NCBI RefSeq assembly: GCF_016127575.1
Contig: NZ_CP066018.1
Span: 2,790,001-2,822,000, forward strand
Direction: 5' to 3'
From: Cupriavidus necator
Lineage (GTDB): Bacteria; Pseudomonadota; Gammaproteobacteria; Burkholderiales; Burkholderiaceae
DNA length: 32,000 nt
Of the stretch, positions 21,851-28,092 are shown piece after piece. Position numbers and translations under genes: made by a program. Under the pieces are notes generated by a model that saw only the letters and a program-made list of their open reading frames with translations, had not been told where the DNA came from and made no database searches. The first letter of the stretch is position 1. The number at the start of each line of letters is the position of its first letter.

Positions 21851-21880
21851 AACGGCGCCTCGCGGCGCCGTTTTTGTTTT
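21851..21880 (+). terminator. Rho-independent terminator after tRNA-Cys
   Basis: ACGGCGCC-TCGC-GGCGCCGT followed by TTTTGTTTT. Confidence 0.65.
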
Positions 21881-22233
21881 CCGGGCCAGTTCCCTGCCTC
21901 GCCTTCAGTCAAGCAGGCGCCGGATCGTCCGCCATCTCCGCGCCTCGGGCACGTGGCGGGCATGTTACATTACTCCTGTCGTACGCTTTTCGGGGGGCTC
22001 CGCGTGATGGATTGCGGGGCAGCATGTCAATCGCCATCCCCGATCCGTGACGCGCCGCCGGCGTGTCCGGGGCCGCTGCGGCACTTCCCGTTCTTCCCCG
22101 TTCCGATGCTGCTGCCAATTGTTGCGGCGATTTCCCCGCGCTGACCGCTGGTGCGCGCCGGATGCGCTGTCGCGGTTGCCAGGGCCGGGAGCGGGTTAGC
22201 CGTTCAGCCCCTGACACGAGGAATCCCGCGCGC

Positions 22234-23478
22234 ATGCATCACGCCACCCCGCTTATCAGTACCATCGTCGGCGGTATCGTCCTGGCCTTTATCCTTGGCG
22301 CCATCGCCAGCCGGCTGCGCCTGCCGCCGTTGATCGGCTACCTGTGCGCGGGCATCGTGGTCGGTCCGCACACGCCCGGCTATACCGCCGACCAGGCCCT
22401 GGCGCCGGAGCTGGCCGAGCTTGGCGTGATCCTGCTGATGTTCGGGGTGGGGCTGCACTTTTCGATCAAGGACCTGATGGCGGTCAAGCGCATCGCCATT
22501 CCGGGGGCGGTGGTGCAGATCGGCATCGCCACGCTGATGGGCATGCTGGTGGCCTGGGGCTTCGGCTGGTCATGGGGGCAGGGGCTGGTGTACGGACTGG
22601 CGCTGTCGGTGGCGAGCACCGTGGTGCTGCTAAAGGCCTTGCAGGAGCGTGACCTGGTGGAGTCGCCGCAGGGCCGCATCGCGGTCGGCTGGCTGATCGT
22701 GGAAGACCTGGCGATGGTGCTGGCCCTGGTGCTGCTGCCAGCGATGGCAGGTCTGCTGGCGGCTTCCGGCGTAACCTCGGGCGAAACATCGGGCGAGGCC
22801 GCGCCGGCTACCGGTGACGTGGTGCTCGCGATCTTCGCGACGCTGGGCAAGGTGGCCGCTTTCGTCGCGGTGATGCTGGTGATCGGCCGGCGCTTTATCC
22901 CGTGGATGCTGGAGCGCATCGTCTGGACCGGCAACCGCGAGATGTTCCGCCTGGGCGTGCTGGCGACGGCGCTGGGCGTGGCCTACGGCGCCTATGCGCT
23001 CTTTGGCGTGTCGTTCGCGCTGGGCGCGTTCTTTGCCGGCATGGTGCTGGCGGAGTCCGAGTTCAGTCATCGTGCGGCCGAAGAGTCGCTGCCGCTGCGC
23101 GATGCCTTCGCCGTGCTTTTCTTCGTATCCGTGGGCATGCTGTTCGACCCGATGGTGCTGGTCAACGATCCGTGGGGTGTGCTGGCGACGGTGTTTATCA
23201 TCGTGGTGGGCAAGTCGCTGGCGGCGCTGGGCATCGTGCGTGCCTTCGGGCATTCCGGGCAGACCGGCATGACCATTGCCGTGAGCCTGGCGCAGATCGG
23301 CGAGTTCTCGTTCATTCTCGCCAGCCTCGGCGTCTACCTGAAGATCCTGCCCGAGCGCGGCCAGGCGCTGATCCTGGCCGGGGCGCTGCTGTCGATCATG
23401 CTCAATCCGGTGCTGTTCCACCTGCTCGACCTGTACACGGCGCGGCGCAATCGCAGCGCGGATCCGCAGCCGGCCTGA
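22234..23478 (+). CDS. Cation:proton antiporter, CPA2 (Kef/YbaL-like) membrane domain only
   Basis: About 414 aa and polytopic. The N-terminus LISTIVGGIVLAFILGAIASRLRLPPLIGYLCAGIVVGP and the segment ELGVILLMFGVGLHF are typical of Na+/H+-exchanger family Kef-type proteins. No C-terminal RCK/TrkA-N domain is present. The ATG at 22234 is chosen inside the longer track ORF. Confidence 0.85.
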   Translation: MHHATPLISTIVGGIVLAFILGAIASRLRLPPLIGYLCAGIVVGPHTPGYTADQALAPELAELGVILLMFGVGLHFSIKDLMAVKRIAIPGAVVQIGIATLMGMLVAWGFGWSWGQGLVYGLALSVASTVVLLKALQERDLVESPQGRIAVGWLIVEDLAMVLALVLLPAMAGLLAASGVTSGETSGEAAPATGDVVLAIFATLGKVAAFVAVMLVIGRRFIPWMLERIVWTGNREMFRLGVLATALGVAYGAYALFGVSFALGAFFAGMVLAESEFSHRAAEESLPLRDAFAVLFFVSVGMLFDPMVLVNDPWGVLATVFIIVVGKSLAALGIVRAFGHSGQTGMTIAVSLAQIGEFSFILASLGVYLKILPERGQALILAGALLSIMLNPVLFHLLDLYTARRNRSADPQPA

Positions 23479-23496
23479 CCGGAGCCTGGGTGCGGC

Positions 23497-24426
23497 TCAG
23501 CCGCCGATCCGCGGCGCCATGGTGCGCAGGTATTCGGTAAAGGCCAGCAGCCCCTGGGTCGGGAACTTGTCCTGGTGCACCACCAGCTGCAGCGGCCGCA
23601 CGATGCGTGGCAGGCCGTCGCGGATCGCCACCAGCGTGCCGCGCTCCAGTTCATCGTGCACCACATGCAGCGACAGGCAGCTGACGCCGAAGCCGCTCAT
23701 CACTGCGCGCTTGATGGCTTCGGCGTTGCCCAGCTCCAGCGCGAAGCGCAGCTCGCCCAGCAGCGGCACCAGCCGTTCCTCGATGACCTCGCGCGTGCCC
23801 GAGCCCGGCTCGCGCACGATCCACTCGGCATCGCGCAGCGCCACCAGGTCGTGCGGCACGGCCGCAAGCGGATGCGAGGGGCCGACTACCACCACCATCT
23901 CGTCATCGCACCAGGGCACGCTGCGCAGGTCGCGCTCATGGCTGGCGCCTTCGACCAGGCCGATATCGGCGTCGAACTGCAGCAACGATTGCAGCACCTC
24001 GCGGGTATTGCCGATGCGCAGGTCCAGCGTGCACGGGCCGCTGCGCGAATGGCGGAAGCCCGCCAGCAGCGGCGGCAGGATGTAGCTGCCTATGGTATTG
24101 CTGGCCGCGATGCGCAGCTGCACGCCGGTCTGGGTGGCAAAGCGCTCCAGTTCCTGGGCCTGGTCCAGCAGCGACAGCGCGCGCGGGAAAAACTGGCGGC
24201 CGGTCTCGTTGATGCTGAGCCGACGGGCCACGCGGTCGAACAGCGGGCTGTCGAGCGCGCGCTCAAGCTCGGCCAGCGAGGCGCTGACGGCCGACTGCGA
24301 CATCGCAAGTGCCTGCGCCGCCGCCATGGTGCTGCCATGCTGGGCCACGGCAACGAAGACGGACAGCTGGCGCAGCGTCAGGCGCAGGGGACGATGTTCG
24401 GGCCGGGGATCGGGGCGGTGGTCCAT
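23497..24426 (-). CDS. yeiE: LysR-family transcriptional regulator, YeiE-like
   Basis: N-terminal wHTH: LTLRQLSVFVAVAQHGSTMAAAQALAMSQSAVSASLAELERALDSPLFDRVARRL. The C-terminal part is a substrate-binding domain. It is divergent from yeiH, as in E. coli yeiE/yeiH. Confidence 0.85.
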   Translation of the reverse strand: MDHRPDPRPEHRPLRLTLRQLSVFVAVAQHGSTMAAAQALAMSQSAVSASLAELERALDSPLFDRVARRLSINETGRQFFPRALSLLDQAQELERFATQTGVQLRIAASNTIGSYILPPLLAGFRHSRSGPCTLDLRIGNTREVLQSLLQFDADIGLVEGASHERDLRSVPWCDDEMVVVVGPSHPLAAVPHDLVALRDAEWIVREPGSGTREVIEERLVPLLGELRFALELGNAEAIKRAVMSGFGVSCLSLHVVHDELERGTLVAIRDGLPRIVRPLQLVVHQDKFPTQGLLAFTEYLRTMAPRIGG

Positions 24427-24524
24427 ATCGATATAATCAATAACGCATAACGATATTACCCGTTTTACGGGTTAGCGGGGGGCCAGTACGCTTGAGTCAC
24501 TAAAGAACACGACCCGAGCCTGCC
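24427..24524. promoter_or_regulatory. Divergent yeiE-like/yeiH control region with AT-rich dyad and direct repeats
   Basis: A 10-bp palindrome ATATCGATAT (24425-24434) overlaps the LysR start codon. ATAACG-C-ATAACG direct repeats lie at 24440-24452. ATATCG...CGATAT are distal inverted arms. A small hairpin ACCCG-TTTTA-CGGGT is also present. Confidence 0.3.
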
Positions 24525-25625
24525 ATGTCCTCCGTCTCCGCCCCCCGCACTCGCACCACCCCGGCCGCCGCGCCGGCCTTGCCGCCGCCGTGGTCGCAGC
24601 GCCTGCTGACGCTGGTACCGCTGGGCGGCATTGCCTGGCTGGCGATTGCGCTGGCCGAGCATCCGGCCGTGGCGCGCTACGGGCTCAGCGCGCTGACGCT
24701 GGCCATGTGCGCCGGCATGGTCGCGGCCAACACGCTGCCGCGCCACTGGCTGGCGCCGCTGGCCCCCGGCATGCAAGTCGCACGCCACCACCTGCTGCGG
24801 CTGGGCGTGGCGCTGTACGGGCTGCGCCTGACCTTTGCCTCGATTGTCGCCCTGGGCCTGCCGGGCATCGTGGTGCCGCTGACCATGCTGGTGGCCACGC
24901 TGCTGTTCGGCACCTGGGTGGGTACGACGTTCTTCGGCCTGAGCCGCCGCGAAGCGATCCTGGTCAGCTCCGGCAGCGCCATCTGCGGTGCCGCCGCGGC
25001 CATCGCCGTATCATCGGTGGTGCGCACCGACGACAAACAGACCGCCGTGGCGGTGGCGACGGTGGTGCTGTTCGGCACCGTCGGCATGCTGCTTTATCCC
25101 TATCTGTACGAACTGGCGACCGGCCACTGGCACTGGGCCGTCAGCGAGCGCATGTTCGGCATCTTTACCGGCGCGACGCTGCACGAGGTGGCCCAGGTGA
25201 TCGCCGCCGGCAAGATGATCAGCGAGCCGACCGCCGACGCTGCCGTGGTGGCCAAGATGGTGCGCGTGCTGGCATTGGGCCCGCTGCTGCTGGTGATGGC
25301 GCTGTGGCCGCAGGGCGGCGAGCAAGCCGAGCAAGGCACCGCAGGCGGCAGCCGCCTGCATGGCATCCTGAAGTCGGTGCCGTGGTTCGCGGTGGGGTTT
25401 GTCGCAGTGATGGCGGTCAACTCGGCCGGCACCGTGCCCACTGCCTGGAAGGCGCCGCTGATCGCGCTGGACAACTGGCTGCTGGCCTGCGCGATGCTGG
25501 CGATCGGCCTGCACACCCGCATCGGCGATCTGGTGCGCGCCGGACGCAAGCCGCTGGCGCTGGCCGGTGTGCTGTTCGTGTTCCTGATGGGGGTGGGTGC
25601 GCTGATGTGCTACGCGATGGCCTGA
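24525..25625 (+). CDS. yeiH: UPF0324 / YeiH-family inner membrane protein (putative sulfate-exporter family transporter)
   Basis: 366 aa. Conserved blocks match E. coli YeiH: HHLLRLGVALYGLRLTF, SSGSAICGAAA, AVAVATVVLFGTVGMLLYP, GATLHEVAQVIAAG, AKMVRVL. Confidence 0.88.
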   Translation: MSSVSAPRTRTTPAAAPALPPPWSQRLLTLVPLGGIAWLAIALAEHPAVARYGLSALTLAMCAGMVAANTLPRHWLAPLAPGMQVARHHLLRLGVALYGLRLTFASIVALGLPGIVVPLTMLVATLLFGTWVGTTFFGLSRREAILVSSGSAICGAAAAIAVSSVVRTDDKQTAVAVATVVLFGTVGMLLYPYLYELATGHWHWAVSERMFGIFTGATLHEVAQVIAAGKMISEPTADAAVVAKMVRVLALGPLLLVMALWPQGGEQAEQGTAGGSRLHGILKSVPWFAVGFVAVMAVNSAGTVPTAWKAPLIALDNWLLACAMLAIGLHTRIGDLVRAGRKPLALAGVLFVFLMGVGALMCYAMA

Positions 25626-25647
25626 CGCGCGCGGAGCTGAAGGCAGC

Positions 25648-25680
25648 AAAAGAAGGGGGCCGATGGCCCCTTCTTTTATT
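25648..25680. terminator. Bidirectional terminator between yeiH and tRNA-Leu
   Basis: AAAAGAAGGGG(GCC GAT GG)CCCCTTCTTTT, with an A-tract on the left and TATTTT on the right. Confidence 0.6.
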
Positions 25681-25712
25681 TTGAAGCGGGAGCGGAGGGG
25701 GGCTGTACACCC

Positions 25713-25799
25713 TGGTGCGGCCGACGGGACTCGAACCCGTAAGCCTGGAAAGGCGGCAGATTTTAAGTCTGCTGAGTCTACCAATTTCTCCACGGCCGC
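25713..25799 (-). tRNA. tRNA-Leu (anticodon UAA)
   Basis: 87 nt on the minus strand. Acceptor GCGGCCG/CGGCCGC, anticodon loop CTTAAAA, long variable arm, T arm ACGGG-TTCGAGT-CCCGT, discriminator A, encoded CCA. Confidence 0.93.
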
Positions 25800-25813
25800 A
25801 CGGCAAGCCCGGT

Positions 25814-25842
25814 ATTGTGGTGGCTCGGCATCCCGGATGCAA
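25814..25842 (-). promoter_or_regulatory. Candidate sigma-70 promoter for tRNA-Leu
   Basis: The minus strand reads TTGCAT - 17 nt - CACAAT, ending 14 nt before the mature tRNA 5' end. Confidence 0.3.
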
Positions 25843-25986
25843 GCGCGTTACTGCTGCGGGCGCCTGGCGCGCGAAAAAGTGACGCCGCTGTTACGGCTGG
25901 TAACAATGTCGACCTTGCCGTTGCACCTGGAAAATTCCGAACCCCTACAATACGGATTAAGAGAAATCTCACTTTGAGAGGCGGAT

Positions 25987-26340
25987 ATGAAACGTTGGTG
26001 GCTCGTAGCATTCGGTGTCGCAGCCGGGCTTGCTTCCGGGGCAGCAATGGCCCATGTGAGCGTCGGCGTGGCAATCGGCGTGCCGGGCGTAGTGGTTGGC
26101 GCGCCCGCCTATTATCCGCCAGCCCCGGCTTACTATGCACCGCCGCCTGTCGTGGTGGCACCTGCGCCGGTCTACTACGGCCCGCCCCCGGTGGTGGTAC
26201 GACCGCGTCCGGTCTATTACGGTCCTGGCTACTACGGCCCGCCGCGCTATTACGGCGGCCACCGCGGCTACTATGGCCCGCCGGGATACCATCGTGGCCG
26301 TGGGCATGGCCATGGTCATGGCCGTTGGCGCGACGACTGA
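25987..26340 (+). CDS. Secreted low-complexity Pro/Tyr/Gly-rich protein (PXPV-repeat-like) with C-terminal His-Gly tract
   Basis: GAGAGG SD lies 5 nt before the ATG. Signal peptide: MKRWWLVAFGVAAGLASGAAMA. The mature part consists of (A/P)P(A/P)(V/Y)YY(G/A)PPPVVV-type repeats and ends in HRGRGHGHGHGRWRDD. It has its own terminator downstream. Confidence 0.6.
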   Translation: MKRWWLVAFGVAAGLASGAAMAHVSVGVAIGVPGVVVGAPAYYPPAPAYYAPPPVVVAPAPVYYGPPPVVVRPRPVYYGPGYYGPPRYYGGHRGYYGPPGYHRGRGHGHGHGRWRDD

Positions 26341-26370
26341 TCGCCCGTTCGAGCTGCGCAAGCTTTTTGA

Positions 26371-26408
26371 AAGAGAAGGGGCCCTCCGGGGTCCTTTCTT
26401 TTTTCCTG
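26371..26408 (+). terminator. Rho-independent terminator after the PXPV-like gene
   Basis: AAGAGAAGGGGCCC-TCCG-GGGTCCTTTCTTTT. A long stem with G-T wobbles runs into TTTTTTCC. Confidence 0.55.
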
Positions 26409-26611
26409 CCGCACTGCGACATGAGGCGCTGAAGCCAGTTCCCGGAAATTCGACCCCTTGCTGAGCGTAGTCAAATTATTTGAACAGACTGCTCAAAGCG
26501 TCATCTCTATCGTCATAAGGGTTTTCCCCTAAACTACCGTTGTGACATCGTGATGACGGCACCGCGAAGTGCTGTACGGTGCCTCGACTAACAATAGCAA
26601 GGGGAATATCC

Positions 26612-26869
26612 ATGAAGATCACACAAGCCGTTGCTGCCGTCGCAGCCCTGGCCGCGCTGGGCGCGCTTTCCACCTCCGCATTTGCCGCCGTCGGCAAGGT
26701 CGATCCGTACCTGGACGGCGCCAGGGTCGGCAAGACGGACCCGTACACCGATGGTGCCAAGATGGGCAAGGTTGATCCGTTCACCGACGGTGCCCGCCTC
26801 GGCAAGCCCGATCCATACACCGATGGCGCGCGCATGGGCAAGCCGGATCCGTACTCGGACGGCGCCTGA
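26612..26869 (+). CDS. Secreted mini-protein: signal peptide plus five tandem 12-aa GKxDPYTDGA(R/K) repeats
   Basis: AAGGGGA SD lies 6 nt before the ATG. Signal peptide: MKITQAVAAVAALAALGALSTSAFA/A. The rest is VGKVDPYLDGAR VGKTDPYTDGAK MGKVDPFTDGAR LGKPDPYTDGAR MGKPDPYSDGA. The copies differ mostly at synonymous sites. A strong terminator follows. Confidence 0.65.
   Translation: MKITQAVAAVAALAALGALSTSAFAAVGKVDPYLDGARVGKTDPYTDGAKMGKVDPFTDGARLGKPDPYTDGARMGKPDPYSDGA
26690..26866 (+). repeat. 36-bp tandem coding repeat, 4.9 copies
   Basis: Read directly: period 36 nt. Codons for D-P-Y/F and D-G-A are conserved at the amino-acid level with third-position variation (gat/gac, ccg/cca, ggc/ggt, gcc/gcg). 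Confidence 0.9.
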
Positions 26870-26893
26870 ATCGCTGTTGTCCGTCCATGATGA

Positions 26894-26925
26894 ATGGCCC
26901 GCCAAGCGCGGGCCATTTTTGTTTT
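26894..26925 (+). terminator. Rho-independent terminator after the repeat-protein gene
   Basis: ATGGCCCGC-CAA-GCGGGCCAT followed by TTTTGTTTTT. Confidence 0.7.
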
Positions 26926-27027
26926 TCCCCGCGCTCCGGCGCACCGCAATGGGGCGCCTGTCATGACGATGGCGGGGGTGCGGCGCTATACTTCGGCCTC
27001 AACCAAATGAATGACCAGGAGAGCGGC

Positions 27028-27435
27028 ATGCAGCAAAAGACGGTTCTGACGGCAGACGACGTGAAGAAGATCATGGCCGCTGCGGAAACCGAGGCGAAGA
27101 ATCATCAATGGGCCGTGTCGATCGTCGTGGTGGACGATGGCGGCCATCTGCTGGCGATGCAGCGCCTGGATGGTGCCGCGCCGATCTCGGCCTATATTGC
27201 CGGCGAAAAGGCCCGTACCTCGGCGCTGGGCCGTCGCGAGTCGAAGGTATACGAAGACATGATCAACAACGGCCGCTACTCGTTCATGACGGCGCCGGTA
27301 CTGCAAGGCATGCTGGAGGGCGGCGTGCCCATCGTCTGCAACGATCAGGTGGTCGGTGCCGTGGGCGTGTCGGGCGTGAAGTCGACCGAAGACGCGCAGA
27401 TCGCGCGTGCCGGCATCGCTGCGCTGGGCCTGTAA
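27028..27435 (+). CDS. GlcG/HbpS-like (DUF336) putative heme-binding/heme-degrading family protein
   Basis: 135 aa. AGGAGAG SD upstream. The sequence LTADDVKKIMAAAETEAKNHQWAVSIVVVDDGGHLLAMQRLDGA...IAGEKARTSA...GGVPI...VVGAVGVSG is the GlcG/DUF336 pattern. No signal peptide. The ATG at 27028 is chosen because the longer track ORF would span the upstream terminator. Confidence 0.85.
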   Translation: MQQKTVLTADDVKKIMAAAETEAKNHQWAVSIVVVDDGGHLLAMQRLDGAAPISAYIAGEKARTSALGRRESKVYEDMINNGRYSFMTAPVLQGMLEGGVPIVCNDQVVGAVGVSGVKSTEDAQIARAGIAALGL

Positions 27436-27472
27436 AGCCCTTGCGCCGGCCACTGTGCCGGCGCATGAAAAT

Positions 27473-27497
27473 GCCCCGCAGGCATGGCCTGCGGGGC
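27473..27497 (-). terminator. Strong hairpin acting as a minus-strand rho-independent terminator
   Basis: GCCCCGCAGGC-ATG-GCCTGCGGGGC, an 11-bp perfect stem. On the minus strand it is followed by ATTTTCAT. On the plus strand no T-tract follows. Confidence 0.55.
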
Positions 27498-27603
27498 GGC
27501 ATAAAAGAGGGCATGGCTGGGTACGGTCGGCCCGGCGTGGGGTCTGAATCCCGCCCGCGGCACCAGTACCTGGCTACTGCCCAACACCTCGTTCCGAGGT
27601 GGT

Positions 27604-27655
27604 CCCCACAAAAGTCTTTACTGCCACGTACGTGGCACCCGCGCCCAACGCGGGT
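27604..27655 (-). terminator. Tandem hairpins plus T-containing tract about 50 nt downstream of the hemP stop (possible proximal hemP terminator)
   Basis: Minus-strand order: ACCCGCG-TTGGG-CGCGGGT (27655-27637), then the palindrome GCCACGTACGTGGC (27636-27623), then AGTAAAGACTTTTGTGGGG. Confidence 0.35.
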
Positions 27656-27706
27656 CTAGATCGCTTCCCTCTGGCTTCAACCTTGCGGTATCGCCGCGGG
27701 GCCGCG

Positions 27707-28036
27707 TCATTTCGTCAGGATCAGCTTGCCGTAGCGCGTGACGCGCAGCGTGTAGACATCGCCGTTGTGCAGGATCGGCAGGGTGCTGGCGCCGCGCATG
27801 ATGGCATCCAGGGCCACCGCCTCGCCGGCAGGCGCTGGCGACAGGCTGTCGCGCACCAGTGCCTCGAGCCGGGCGGGCAGGGCCGCCACCGCGGATTTCA
27901 CGGATGCGATGGTCGACGGTGCCGCCTTCGCGCTGGCCTCGCGGCGCGGTTGCGCGGCGACCTCGACGCGGCGCAGCGACAGCCGGCGGCGGGTGACTTC
28001 ACGCGGTTGCGACAGCGGCAGGGAAAGTGTGCTCAT
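27707..28036 (-). CDS. hemP: HemP/HmuP-family hemin-uptake small protein with an extended Arg-rich N-terminus
   Basis: The C-terminus ILHNGDVYTLRVTRYGKLILTK is the HemP family signature (…GKLILTK at the very end). GGAG SD lies 8 nt before the ATG at 28036. The longer track ORF (to 28153) would begin upstream of the gene's own promoter and Fur box. Confidence 0.8.
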   Translation of the reverse strand: MSTLSLPLSQPREVTRRRLSLRRVEVAAQPRREASAKAAPSTIASVKSAVAALPARLEALVRDSLSPAPAGEAVALDAIMRGASTLPILHNGDVYTLRVTRYGKLILTK

Positions 28037-28092
28037 CTTCTGGCTCCGTTCTGCAAAAAGGGCGCGCCGGTCATGGCGCAGTCGATGGAAAG

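Noticed and set aside
21840-25712. Possibility that the antiporter / LysR / yeiH block bounded by tRNA-Cys and tRNA-Leu is a tRNA-targeted genomic island.
   Set aside because: There is no integrase, no direct repeat of either tRNA 3' end, and no compositional break. The yeiE/yeiH pair is a conserved chromosomal module, and the tRNA-Leu 3' end points toward the block from the wrong side for a simple attL/attR reading.
25921-25951. TTGCAC … TACAAT as the promoter of the PXPV-like gene.
   Set aside because: The hexamers are good, but the spacer is 19 nt by my count, outside the optimal 16-18. Left uncalled pending TSS data.
26443-26475. Sigma-E-like promoter (GGAAATT … TCAAA) upstream of the repeat mini-protein gene.
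   Set aside because: The spacer is about 20 nt rather than the 16-17 nt expected for RpoE/AlgU promoters, and the -35 lacks the AAC core.
27537-27565. tRNA 3'-end-like string GTGGGGTCTGAATCCCGCCCGCGGCACCA. It has a T-arm-like element, a 7-nt acceptor strand, discriminator A and CCA. This could suggest a tRNA pseudogene or a relic att site.
   Set aside because: No complementary 5' acceptor strand (GCCGCGG) or D/anticodon arms lie upstream. The T-loop is non-canonical: either 8 nt or only 3 stem pairs. It matches none of the four tRNA 3' ends in the window, and there is no integrase nearby. It is probably fortuitous or too degraded to call.
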